Below, one piece after another: positions 47,860 to 55,336 of a DNA stretch of 64,000 nt (positions within the stretch are counted from its first letter, which is position 1; each line of letters opens with the position of its first letter). Source of the DNA: Patescibacteria group bacterium (GTDB lineage: Bacteria > Patescibacteriota > Minisyncoccia > Phycocordibacterales > JBHPGB01). The stretch is from contig JBHPGB010000002.1 in assembly GCA_042571085.1 (NCBI GenBank), positions 6,796-70,795 on the forward strand, written 5' to 3'. The notes beneath the pieces were generated by a model. The model was not told where the DNA came from and did not search any database. It saw nothing but the letters and a program-made list of their open reading frames with translations. Both the position numbers and the translations under genes were made by a program.

Positions 47860-49365
47860 ATGACTGAAAAAACTGAACAAAAAAATATCATTGAACGACC
47901 ACCTGTAATTGCTGTTATGGGGCATATTGATCATGGTAAATCAAAATTGCTTGATTATATCCGTAAGTCAAACGTGGTAGAGGGTGAATCAGGAGGCATT
48001 ACACAACACATCTCAGCATATGAAGTTGAGAGAAAAGATGCCGAAGGAAATGTGAGACACATAACATTTCTTGATACACCAGGACATGAGGCTTTTTCAG
48101 CTATGCGTGAACGTGGTGCAAACATAGCCGATATTGCAGTTTTGATTGTGTCAGCAGAAGATGGTGTGAAGGCACAAACACTTGAGGCCCTAGAGTCAAT
48201 AAAAAATGGTGGCATACCTTTCATTGTTGCGATAAATAAAATAGACAAGCCTGCAGCAAATGTACAGAAAACAAAAAACGAACTCGTAGAACATGGTGTT
48301 TACATCGAAGGAATGGGTGGTGATATTCCATTTGTGCCGATATCAGCAATAACCGGAGAAGGTGTTGATGATCTTCTAGATACAATGCTTCTTGTTGCAG
48401 AAATGGAGGAACTCACAGCAAATACAGATGAGCCAGCAAGTGGGTTTGTATTAGAATCAAATGTTGATCCTACAAAAGGAATCTCGGCAACACTAATAAT
48501 AAAAAATGGCACACTTAAAAAAGGAATGTGTATTAGTGCAGGAGAATCAATGTCCCCTGTTCGTGCAATTGAAAACTTCTTAGGAAAACATATTGATGAA
48601 GCAAAGTTTTCTTCACCGGTTAGAATAATAGGATTTAACAGTGCTCCGGAGACAGGTGTTTCGTTTTCATCTTTTGCAGCCAAAAAAGAAGCCGAGGCTG
48701 CTTGCGGTGCATTCGAGTCACAACAAAGCTCAATTGAAATAATTGGAAATCCTGAAGCGAGTGTAATAATTCCACTTATCATAAAAACTGACGCACTTGG
48801 TACACTTGAAGCAGTAGAAAAAGAATTGGCGAAAATAAAGCACGAAAAAGTTGGTTTCAGAATAATACAAAAAGGTGTAGGTAATATTGCTGAAAATGAT
48901 ACCAAGGTTGCCTCTGGCTCACCAAACACAATCATAATTGGCTTTAGGGTAAAAGCGGACAGAGACGCAACAGCATACGCAGAAAAATTTGATATGCCTG
49001 TAAAAACATTTGCTATCATATACAACATTACTGATTATTTGGAAGAGGTTGTTAAAGAGCGAGTGCCGAAAGAACGTGTTGAGGAAGCGACAGGTAAAGC
49101 AAAAATTATTCGTATTTTCAGCAAAACGAAAGACAAGCAGGTGTTGGGTGCAAAAATGCAAGAAGGAGAAATTTCTTTGAAAGCACGTATAAATATTCTT
49201 CGCAGAGATGTTGAAATAGGTAAAGGAGTCGTGTTGGAACTGCAAGAGCAAAAAGTAAAAAAAGACAAAGTTTCTGAAGGTGCTGAGTTTGGACTTATGG
49301 TAGAATCAAAAATGGATATTGCAGAGGGAGATAAGTTAATACCATTTACAATCGTAGAGAAGTAA
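47860..49365 (+). CDS. infB: translation initiation factor IF-2, short form (start at MTEKTEQ; the ORF-track start at 47824 lies inside a hairpin)
   Basis: G-domain GHIDHGKSKLLD, DTPGH, NKID. IF-2 domain II and C-terminal beta barrels. Confidence 0.85.
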   Translation: MTEKTEQKNIIERPPVIAVMGHIDHGKSKLLDYIRKSNVVEGESGGITQHISAYEVERKDAEGNVRHITFLDTPGHEAFSAMRERGANIADIAVLIVSAEDGVKAQTLEALESIKNGGIPFIVAINKIDKPAANVQKTKNELVEHGVYIEGMGGDIPFVPISAITGEGVDDLLDTMLLVAEMEELTANTDEPASGFVLESNVDPTKGISATLIIKNGTLKKGMCISAGESMSPVRAIENFLGKHIDEAKFSSPVRIIGFNSAPETGVSFSSFAAKKEAEAACGAFESQQSSIEIIGNPEASVIIPLIIKTDALGTLEAVEKELAKIKHEKVGFRIIQKGVGNIAENDTKVASGSPNTIIIGFRVKADRDATAYAEKFDMPVKTFAIIYNITDYLEEVVKERVPKERVEEATGKAKIIRIFSKTKDKQVLGAKMQEGEISLKARINILRRDVEIGKGVVLELQEQKVKKDKVSEGAEFGLMVESKMDIAEGDKLIPFTIVEK

Positions 49366-49559
49366 AAATTAAACAGGAGTGACTATTTGAAACAAACCCC
49401 AGTGAAATATCATAGTTGTAATATGTTTTTGCAAAAACATATTACAACTATGACTATTTTAAAATTTTCTAAGAAAGGAAAATTTTAAAAATCTTTCACG
49501 GGGTGATGATTTTTATAGTCATAAAATCACTTTGTGATTTTATTCCTTAAAAATCTATC

Positions 49560-49886
49560 ATGCCTGAAAACTATTCAAAAAAGAAAGTGAGTGAGGTTTT
49601 GAAAACACTCGCTGCCGATTTTCTTCAAAAGGAGTCTAGCGGCAAATCGCTCATAACGGTGACCGATTGTACGGTTGCAGACAACCAGCGTAATGCGGTA
49701 ATATTCTTTAGTGTACTCCCAGCAGAAGCAGAGGAAGAGGCGCTGAACTTCACTAAACGACAAAGGAGAGAGTTTCGTGAGTATATAAAAAAACATTCAA
49801 GATTGCGATATGTTCCTTTTGTAGATTTCGAAATTGATCTCGGTGAAAAGAATAGACAAAGGATTGAGGAATTATTAAATGAATAA
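49560..49886 (+). CDS. rbfA: ribosome-binding factor A
   Basis: KH-like RbfA fold motifs. Conserved infB-rbfA order. Confidence 0.8.
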   Translation: MPENYSKKKVSEVLKTLAADFLQKESSGKSLITVTDCTVADNQRNAVIFFSVLPAEAEEEALNFTKRQRREFREYIKKHSRLRYVPFVDFEIDLGEKNRQRIEELLNE

Positions 49887-49893
49887 ATAGAAA

Positions 49894-49921
49894 GGTCTGG
49901 TGGCGAAGTGGTAACGTAGCG
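49894..49921 (+). pseudogene. tRNA-Cys-like 5' fragment (26 of 28 nt identical to the 5' part of tRNA-Cys 120 nt downstream)
   Basis: GGTCTGGTGGCGAAGTGGTAACGTAGCG versus GGCCTGGTGGCGAAGTGGTAACGCAGCG. Followed by a family-2 motif fragment (AAAGGAGTGAAGCGAC) rather than an anticodon arm. Confidence 0.55.
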
Positions 49922-50041
49922 CTCAATGAAGAAAGGAGTGAAGCGACTATTCTGAATTAGTGCAAAGCCGATAATCGATTCCCGTACATTATCATGTTAG
50001 AATTGTTACAATATTAAAATAAGCAAAGCTTGAAATTATAA

Positions 50042-50113
50042 GGCCTGGTGGCGAAGTGGTAACGCAGCGGTTTGCAAAACCGATATGCGCGGGTTCAATT
50101 CCCGCCCAGGCCT
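50042..50113 (+). tRNA. tRNA-Cys (anticodon GCA)
   Basis: Acceptor GGCCTGG/CCAGGCC. Anticodon loop TTGCAAA. T-arm GCGGG-TTCAATT-CCCGC. Confidence 0.75.
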
Positions 50114-50200
50114 CAATTTTCCATGCGATTTAATTATTAAACAGGTAAACGCATATATTTACGTATTGCGTATTGGTTTACCTAATGATATTATGAATAA

Positions 50201-50692
50201 ATGCACGGAAAAGAGAAAAAAAGAAGATGGTCAGAAGATGACTTAAAAAATGCTGTGTTGAATTCTACAAGTATTCGACAAGTTCTGGGTAAGCTTAATT
50301 TAAAACAAGCTGGTGGAAATTATGTGCAGGTCAAATATTATATTAAAAAATATAATATTGATATAAAACATTTTACTGGACAAGGCTGGAACAAGGGAAT
50401 GCGCGGCATTGGTAAACCTAGAATTTCTTTAAAAGAAATTCTAACAAAAAATAGTTCTTTTCAAAGTTATAAATTAAAAAAAAGACTTTTTAAAGAAGGT
50501 CTAAAAAAACCACAATGTGAAGAGTGTGGCTGGGCAAAAAAATCTAAAGACGGAAGAATTCCTTTAGAGTTAGATCATGTGAATGGTACCCGAACAGATA
50601 ATCGATTAGAAAATTTACGAGTACTATGCCCAAACTGCCATAGTCTAAAACCTACACATCGTGGATTGAACAAAAAAAAGGGCCAGTGGTGA
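50201..50692 (+). CDS. free-standing HNH endonuclease (homing-endonuclease-like), embedded in the tRNA cluster; the stop overlaps the 5' end of tRNA-Leu(TAA)
   Basis: HNH motif CEECGW...LELDHVNGTRTDNRLENLRVLCPNCH. Basic N-terminal DNA-binding-like region. Confidence 0.7.
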   Translation: MHGKEKKRRWSEDDLKNAVLNSTSIRQVLGKLNLKQAGGNYVQVKYYIKKYNIDIKHFTGQGWNKGMRGIGKPRISLKEILTKNSSFQSYKLKKRLFKEGLKKPQCEECGWAKKSKDGRIPLELDHVNGTRTDNRLENLRVLCPNCHSLKPTHRGLNKKKGQW

Positions 50693-50762
50693 AATCGGTA
50701 TACACGCAACACTTAAAATGTTGTCCGCTTTGCGGGTGAGGGTTCAAGTCCCTCCTGGCCCA
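50680..50762 (+). tRNA. tRNA-Leu (anticodon TAA), type II
   Basis: Acceptor GGGCCAG/CTGGCCC. Anticodon stem CAACA/TGTTG, loop CTTAAAA. Long variable arm. T-arm AGGGTTCAAGTCCCT. Confidence 0.75.
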
Positions 50763-50826
50763 CAAAATCTAATGCAGATTTTACGAATCTGTGTTAATAT
50801 TTTTAAATTAATGAATTGATACATAT

Positions 50827-50899
50827 CCGCCTGTAGCTCAGTTGGTAGAGCATCCGACTCTTAATCGGCAGGTCGAAGGTTCAAATCCTTCCGGGCGGA
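50827..50899 (+). tRNA. tRNA-Lys (anticodon CTT)
   Basis: CCGCCTGTAGCTCAGTTGGTAGAGCATCCGACTCTTAATCGGCAGGTCGAAGGTTCAAATCCTTCCGGGCGGA. Confidence 0.8.
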
Positions 50900-50975
50900 C
50901 ACGCAGCGTTAGCGTAGTGCACAACCGGAAGCACAGCAATTTTGAAAAAATTGCGTCATGCGGATTTGAAAAGCT

Positions 50976-51032
50976 TTTGAGATAGATTGGAGTGCGGAGC
51001 ACGAACAATATATCCAAAAGGTTGAAGTGTGA
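50976..51032. repeat. conserved tRNA-cluster motif (family 2), copy downstream of tRNA-Lys
   Basis: TTTGAGATAGATTGGAGTGCGGAGCACGAACAATATATCCAAAAGGTTGAAGTGTGA. Covarying triloop hairpin GTGC-GGA-GCAC (GTG-AGG-TAC and TGC-GAA-GCA in other copies). Confidence 0.65.
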
Positions 51033-51134
51033 TTTTTATGAACACTGAAAGACCATTTGAGTTAATTTCGAATCTGAAAGATGAAGAAAATAACCAAATG
51101 GTATACTGCTCATGTAATGAGGGCAGAATCTGTA

Positions 51135-51162
51135 AGATTCAAATCCTTCCGGGCGGACACGC
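51135..51162 (+). repeat. direct repeat of the 3' 28 nt of tRNA-Lys, about 230 nt downstream of the gene
   Basis: GATTCAAATCCTTCCGGGCGGACACGCA versus tRNA GGTTCAAATCCTTCCGGGCGGACACGCA (27 of 28 nt). Confidence 0.7.
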
Positions 51163-51185
51163 AATTTAGCGTAAAATTAAATAAT

Positions 51186-51267
51186 GCGGGTGTGGTGGAA
51201 TTGGTATACACGCTAGTCTTAGGAACTAGTGCCTCACGGCTTAAGAGTTCGAGTCTCTTCACCCGCA
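51186..51267 (+). tRNA. tRNA-Leu (anticodon TAG), type II
   Basis: Acceptor GCGGGTG/CACCCGC. Anticodon stem CTAGT/ACTAG, loop CTTAGGA. T-arm GAGTTCGAGTCTC. Confidence 0.8.
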
Positions 51268-51404
51268 CAAAACAAAAAAGTGTGATGCGTCAGCATTACA
51301 CTTTTATTGTTTTGTAGTGTGGTGGAGAAACTCGAAAAAAGCTTCCGGTATACAAGAAGCGACTGGAAGGAGCTTCTTGTCGGAAGCGACGGGGTCGCGT
51401 AGCT

Positions 51405-51475
51405 TAGATATTTTGGAGTGCGAAGCATGAACAAAATATCAAGCGAAGGCGACCGAGTCTCTTCACCCGCACAAA
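51405..51475 (+). repeat. family-2 motif copy fused to a 22-nt direct repeat of the tRNA-Leu(TAG) 3' end
   Basis: TAGATATTTTGGAGTGCGAAGCATGAACAAAATATCAAGCGAAGGCGAC followed by CGAGTCTCTTCACCCGCACAAA (identical to the tRNA 3' end plus 3 flanking nt). Confidence 0.7.
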
Positions 51476-51638
51476 TAAAAGACGAAAATGCTATGCATTT
51501 TCGTCTTTTTGCTTGTATTTAAAAAGTGATACTACCTTGACTTTTAACCTATTTTATGCTTAAATATAGCCAGAACAGTTCGGGGCTTTAGGGATTAATT
51601 CCCTCCCCTTTTGACAATTTTTTGACTGGAGAATAATC

Positions 51639-52787
51639 ATGAGTAAATTCGACTTATATTCCTATGGAATAGTTGGACTAATCATATTGCTGATTGTGTC
51701 ACTAATTATCTTTAGTAAACGCAAAAAAGCTAGAAAACCTGTTGATATTGAGATCATTGCTGAAGATGCTCTTGCGCAACGATGCGTATGGTCACGTAAC
51801 ATACATTTTGTATTTATAACAGCACTTGCTGCGTACACACCTTTCTTTGTGTCAGATTTACTATACGTCAAACTTGTACCACATCTCGGTGCGTGGTTTA
51901 GTGAATTTGAAACACCTAGAGCTACAATAATGGCTCTTTGTGTATACATAGTATGGGGCATGTATGGATACTTTCTACCGCGTAGGCTGTTGACCTTCGT
52001 GCCAAAAGTCAAGGGTTTTGTTTCGCAAGACATCTTCAAAAAAAGAGATGTAATGGTTCCTTATGGGCCAGGTCTTCATGCGTCATTCTTTTGGGAAGCT
52101 CGAGACAAAGACAGTAACGTGCCACTGGAGACATTTTCATGGTCAGATACAGTCACCATACCTACGAGCACCTCTGCTGTGGAGTTTGAATACACAGTAG
52201 TATGTCGTGCATACATGCCAAAACTGCCAGAGTTTCATGCTACAGATGAAACTGTATTGAGAGAAAAGTTTTTGCAAATATATGAAACCTTTCTTTCAGT
52301 CTGGGTAAATAAAAATATAGACGATGAGGTGAATGGTTCCATAGAAAAAGATGTTGCCTATATCGTAAAGAACGGTGTGCATGATGTAAATGAAGCATTG
52401 AAAAAAGTTTTCACCTTTAAACCTGGAGAAAGATACGTGCCAGAACAGGACGAGGAGAAACTTTTCGCATACCAGCACGGGACTCTCATCATAAGTACTG
52501 GCGTAAACAAAGTTAAATTGCCAGATGAAGTACAAAAAACTCGTGATGCACTTGCTGAATCCGAAACCATATTTGCAGGAACCGCAAGTATCCTCGGATT
52601 AAAATCAAATGAACTACGACAACGTCTTGACGGTGAAACAGTGTCGCATGAGCAATATGAGGCCGCACGAGCTGTATATCTGTCAACAAGTGGCAATGCA
52701 AAACTAGACTTTATAAACGTCACAGGAACGGCAGCCGATGCAGTAAATGCGCTAATTGGCAAACATCTGAAAGGAGGTGTTCAATGA
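51639..52787 (+). CDS. membrane protein, possible SPFH/band-7-like domain
   Basis: GGAG RBS. Two N-terminal TM segments. PGLH block reminiscent of stomatin/prohibitin-like proteins. Weak assignment. Confidence 0.45.
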   Translation: MSKFDLYSYGIVGLIILLIVSLIIFSKRKKARKPVDIEIIAEDALAQRCVWSRNIHFVFITALAAYTPFFVSDLLYVKLVPHLGAWFSEFETPRATIMALCVYIVWGMYGYFLPRRLLTFVPKVKGFVSQDIFKKRDVMVPYGPGLHASFFWEARDKDSNVPLETFSWSDTVTIPTSTSAVEFEYTVVCRAYMPKLPEFHATDETVLREKFLQIYETFLSVWVNKNIDDEVNGSIEKDVAYIVKNGVHDVNEALKKVFTFKPGERYVPEQDEEKLFAYQHGTLIISTGVNKVKLPDEVQKTRDALAESETIFAGTASILGLKSNELRQRLDGETVSHEQYEAARAVYLSTSGNAKLDFINVTGTAADAVNALIGKHLKGGVQ

Positions 52788-53239
52788 GTGCTCATGCCAA
52801 TGCGATTACTGAGGCCAAAAAGGACGGTACAGAGCGTTATGAAGTTTTCCGTACCACAACCTGGAAAATTGCTCGCCGTGTTACAAAAGCTGTTGTTTTG
52901 ATTATTATTCTTGGAACAGCGGTATTGAGTGACACACAAAAATGGCTTGCAATGCCTGATTCAGACCCGGGTGTAAATCCGGAAAAAACAGTAATGACCT
53001 CAAAAACTACGGCAAAACAACCAACCATTACACTTTCAAAAGGAGGTGTGTATGGACCATACCACGCAAGAAGGTTGTCGGAATGGAAAGTTATAAAAGG
53101 ATGTGTGCTTGTGCAACTATCCGATAGAAAGGATTATAACAAATGCGCTGGTGCGCCTGATGTACGTATTGACGTTAGTCGCCACACAACAGTGAGCTTT
53201 TTAGTACTCAGCAATACTGCTGAACTGCTGATTCGCTAA
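52784..53239 (+). CDS. hypothetical protein (151 aa) overlapping the previous gene by ATGA
   Basis: One TM helix. Terminator GGGTTACCAACCTAGTTGGTGACCC downstream. Confidence 0.45.
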   Translation: MSAHANAITEAKKDGTERYEVFRTTTWKIARRVTKAVVLIIILGTAVLSDTQKWLAMPDSDPGVNPEKTVMTSKTTAKQPTITLSKGGVYGPYHARRLSEWKVIKGCVLVQLSDRKDYNKCAGAPDVRIDVSRHTTVSFLVLSNTAELLIR

Positions 53240-53349
53240 GTTGAGCAATATTTGAGTGAGGGTTACCAACCTAGTTGGTGACCCTCTTTTTTTATTTTAT
53301 ACAAAAAACACCAGCACTATGCTGGTGTTTTTTGTAAACATTTATTTAT

Positions 53350-53649
53350 CTAAACAGGGTTTGTGAATCCAAAAGTATTGGCTAAGAATGTAACTATGCC
53401 CATAACGGAAATCATAATAAACATACCAAAGAGCCCCCACATGATATGCTTCTTGCCTTGCTCACGCGCATTTTCATCATTTGCTTGAAACAAGAAGCGT
53501 GCGATTCCCCAAAGGAATAATACAAGGGCAAGTGCAAACAAAAATCCAATAAGAGGATTTATTATGTTGTCTACAACCCTATCAATAAGTGGCTCAAGCC
53601 CAGACTCTACTACCGCAGCATGCACTGTTTGTACATTTAGAACATTCAT
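53350..53649 (-). CDS. VirB2/TrbC-like small membrane protein, paralogue 1 (start at MNVLNV; the ORF-track start at 53697 would overlap the upstream paralogue)
   Basis: Two hydrophobic helices separated by a conserved charged loop ANDENAREQGKKH. Confidence 0.45.
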   Translation of the reverse strand: MNVLNVQTVHAAVVESGLEPLIDRVVDNIINPLIGFLFALALVLFLWGIARFLFQANDENAREQGKKHIMWGLFGMFIMISVMGIVTFLANTFGFTNPV

Positions 53650-53653
53650 AGAT

Positions 53654-53977
53654 TTATATTCTTGGTAATGTGATTGTACCACCTGTCTGTACACCAAATG
53701 TATTAGCTACAACTTCAACAAGACCCCACACCGCAACCATCACGAAGAGTGCCAAGATACCATAGATCATGATGCTCTTTCCTTTTTCTTTATCTTCATC
53801 AGCCTTGAAGATGTACTGTGCCAATCCATAGAAAAATCCAATAAGAGCAACAGTCATCACAATTGGAATAATTAAATCCAATATTTGTTTAAACTTGTTT
53901 AAAACAGATATAGCATCTGCTGCCAATGCAACACTAGGAAGTGCTACTGCACCAGCAATAATAAGAAATCTTTTCAT
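53654..53977 (-). CDS. VirB2/TrbC-like small membrane protein, paralogue 2
   Basis: Signal peptide. Two TM helices. Loop KADEDKEKGKS. Confidence 0.45.
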   Translation of the reverse strand: MKRFLIIAGAVALPSVALAADAISVLNKFKQILDLIIPIVMTVALIGFFYGLAQYIFKADEDKEKGKSIMIYGILALFVMVAVWGLVEVVANTFGVQTGGTITLPRI

Positions 53978-54117
53978 ACAAATAAAATTAATTGATTAAA
54001 TTGATTAAAAAAATTAAAAGCGACCTTGTAATTTATACTTATATAATAGCCAATATACTCACAAATAACAAATCAAATGTGGAAAATTAATTTTCAACCT
54101 ACAAAATAAAGGTGTTA

Positions 54118-54459
54118 TTAAAAACCGAAAAATGTTCTCCGTACAGCAATCGCAATTCCCCACACTGCAATAAGAGCAAATAAGGCAAAAATACCAAATA
54201 CCATAGCTTTGCGCCCTTCCTCGCGAGCATTTGCATCGTCTGCCTTCAATACCATCTTCGCAATTCCCCAAAAAAATCCTGCCAAAGCGGCTGTTATTAG
54301 AATAGGGATCGCAATATCAAAAATACGTGTGAAAATACCTAGAAAATCTGCAAAATTTGTAGGAGCCGCAGCAAAAGAAATGGTTGGGCTAAGTAATAAT
54401 ACCACGTATAAAATTGCCGTAGATAAGATATTTATTCTTCTGTTTTTTAAATTTAACAT
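54118..54459 (-). CDS. VirB2/TrbC-like small membrane protein, paralogue 3
   Basis: Signal peptide. Two TM helices. Loop KADDANAREEGRK. Confidence 0.45.
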   Translation of the reverse strand: MLNLKNRRINILSTAILYVVLLLSPTISFAAAPTNFADFLGIFTRIFDIAIPILITAALAGFFWGIAKMVLKADDANAREEGRKAMVFGIFALFALIAVWGIAIAVRRTFFGF

Positions 54460-54547
54460 TTTTAAATTTCACGACTCGGCTTCGCCTCGCTGCACTGCGT
54501 TTTGTATTCAATCACTGCGTTCTTGAACAAAACGGGAGCATAATAAT

Positions 54548-54904
54548 TTACCTTAATGTGCTTATTGTTCCGCCTATCGCCTCTGCAAGAACCCATGCGC
54601 CAAGTATAATCGCTCCGCCAATGATAGACCACGTAAGTGCTGTTTTTGCTTCTCCAAGCTTTGTTTCATTACCTTGTGCCTTAATATACAAAAATCCAGA
54701 ATACACTATTGCAAGCACAACAACAGGAAAACCGATGTCAGCTACAACCTTAAGTACTTTCTGCAAAAATATATATATAGTATCAGTGCCCCTAAGAGGG
54801 TTTTCCAAATCCTGACTTATTACTGGCGTGTCTGCAAAAACAGTGTTTACGGAAGCAAAAAAAGCAACGAGTGATGTGTAATAAATTTTATTAAATAATT
54901 TCAT
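54548..54904 (-). CDS. VirB2/TrbC-like small membrane protein, paralogue 4
   Basis: Signal peptide. Two TM helices. Loop KAQGNETKLGEAK. Confidence 0.45.
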   Translation of the reverse strand: MKLFNKIYYTSLVAFFASVNTVFADTPVISQDLENPLRGTDTIYIFLQKVLKVVADIGFPVVVLAIVYSGFLYIKAQGNETKLGEAKTALTWSIIGGAIILGAWVLAEAIGGTISTLR

Positions 54905-54928
54905 AAGATTTTTATTAAAAGTATTAAA

Positions 54929-55333
54929 TTATCTCCCAAGTCTAATTGCCCAATCTTCTGCACCAAGACCTACAAGAATTGCTTTCACAATAAGCCACGC
55001 TGCAAGTATTATTACCAAGCCAATAAAAACAGATGTGAAAATTCCGTGTGCTTTTTTTATCTGTCCTGTATCCCCAGCTGCTGTAATATACATCCACCCA
55101 GCATACGCAAATGCAACCGCAGCAACAAATGGTGACGCCATTATTATAAATTCAATAATATTTTGAGCGAGTTGTACAAGCATATTAAAATCACAGTCTG
55201 GTTGTCCACTACCACCACATGGAACAAGTTTCTTCTCAGCGGCAAAAACAATAATCGGCATAAATAGCACCATACTCAATACTGTTGCATACAAAACCTT
55301 TATTATTTTGTTTTCATGTTTTAATGTTTTCAT
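54929..55333 (-). CDS. VirB2/TrbC-like small membrane protein, paralogue 5 (extra Cys pair)
   Basis: Signal peptide. CGGSGQPDC. Two TM helices. Loop AAGDTGQIKKAH. Confidence 0.45.
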   Translation of the reverse strand: MKTLKHENKIIKVLYATVLSMVLFMPIIVFAAEKKLVPCGGSGQPDCDFNMLVQLAQNIIEFIIMASPFVAAVAFAYAGWMYITAAGDTGQIKKAHGIFTSVFIGLVIILAAWLIVKAILVGLGAEDWAIRLGR

Positions 55334-55336
55334 AAT

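Noticed and set aside
54059-54271. 70-aa ORF overlapping VirB2-like paralogue 3
   Set aside because: It is in a different frame within a better-supported paralogous gene. Cys-rich junk translation.
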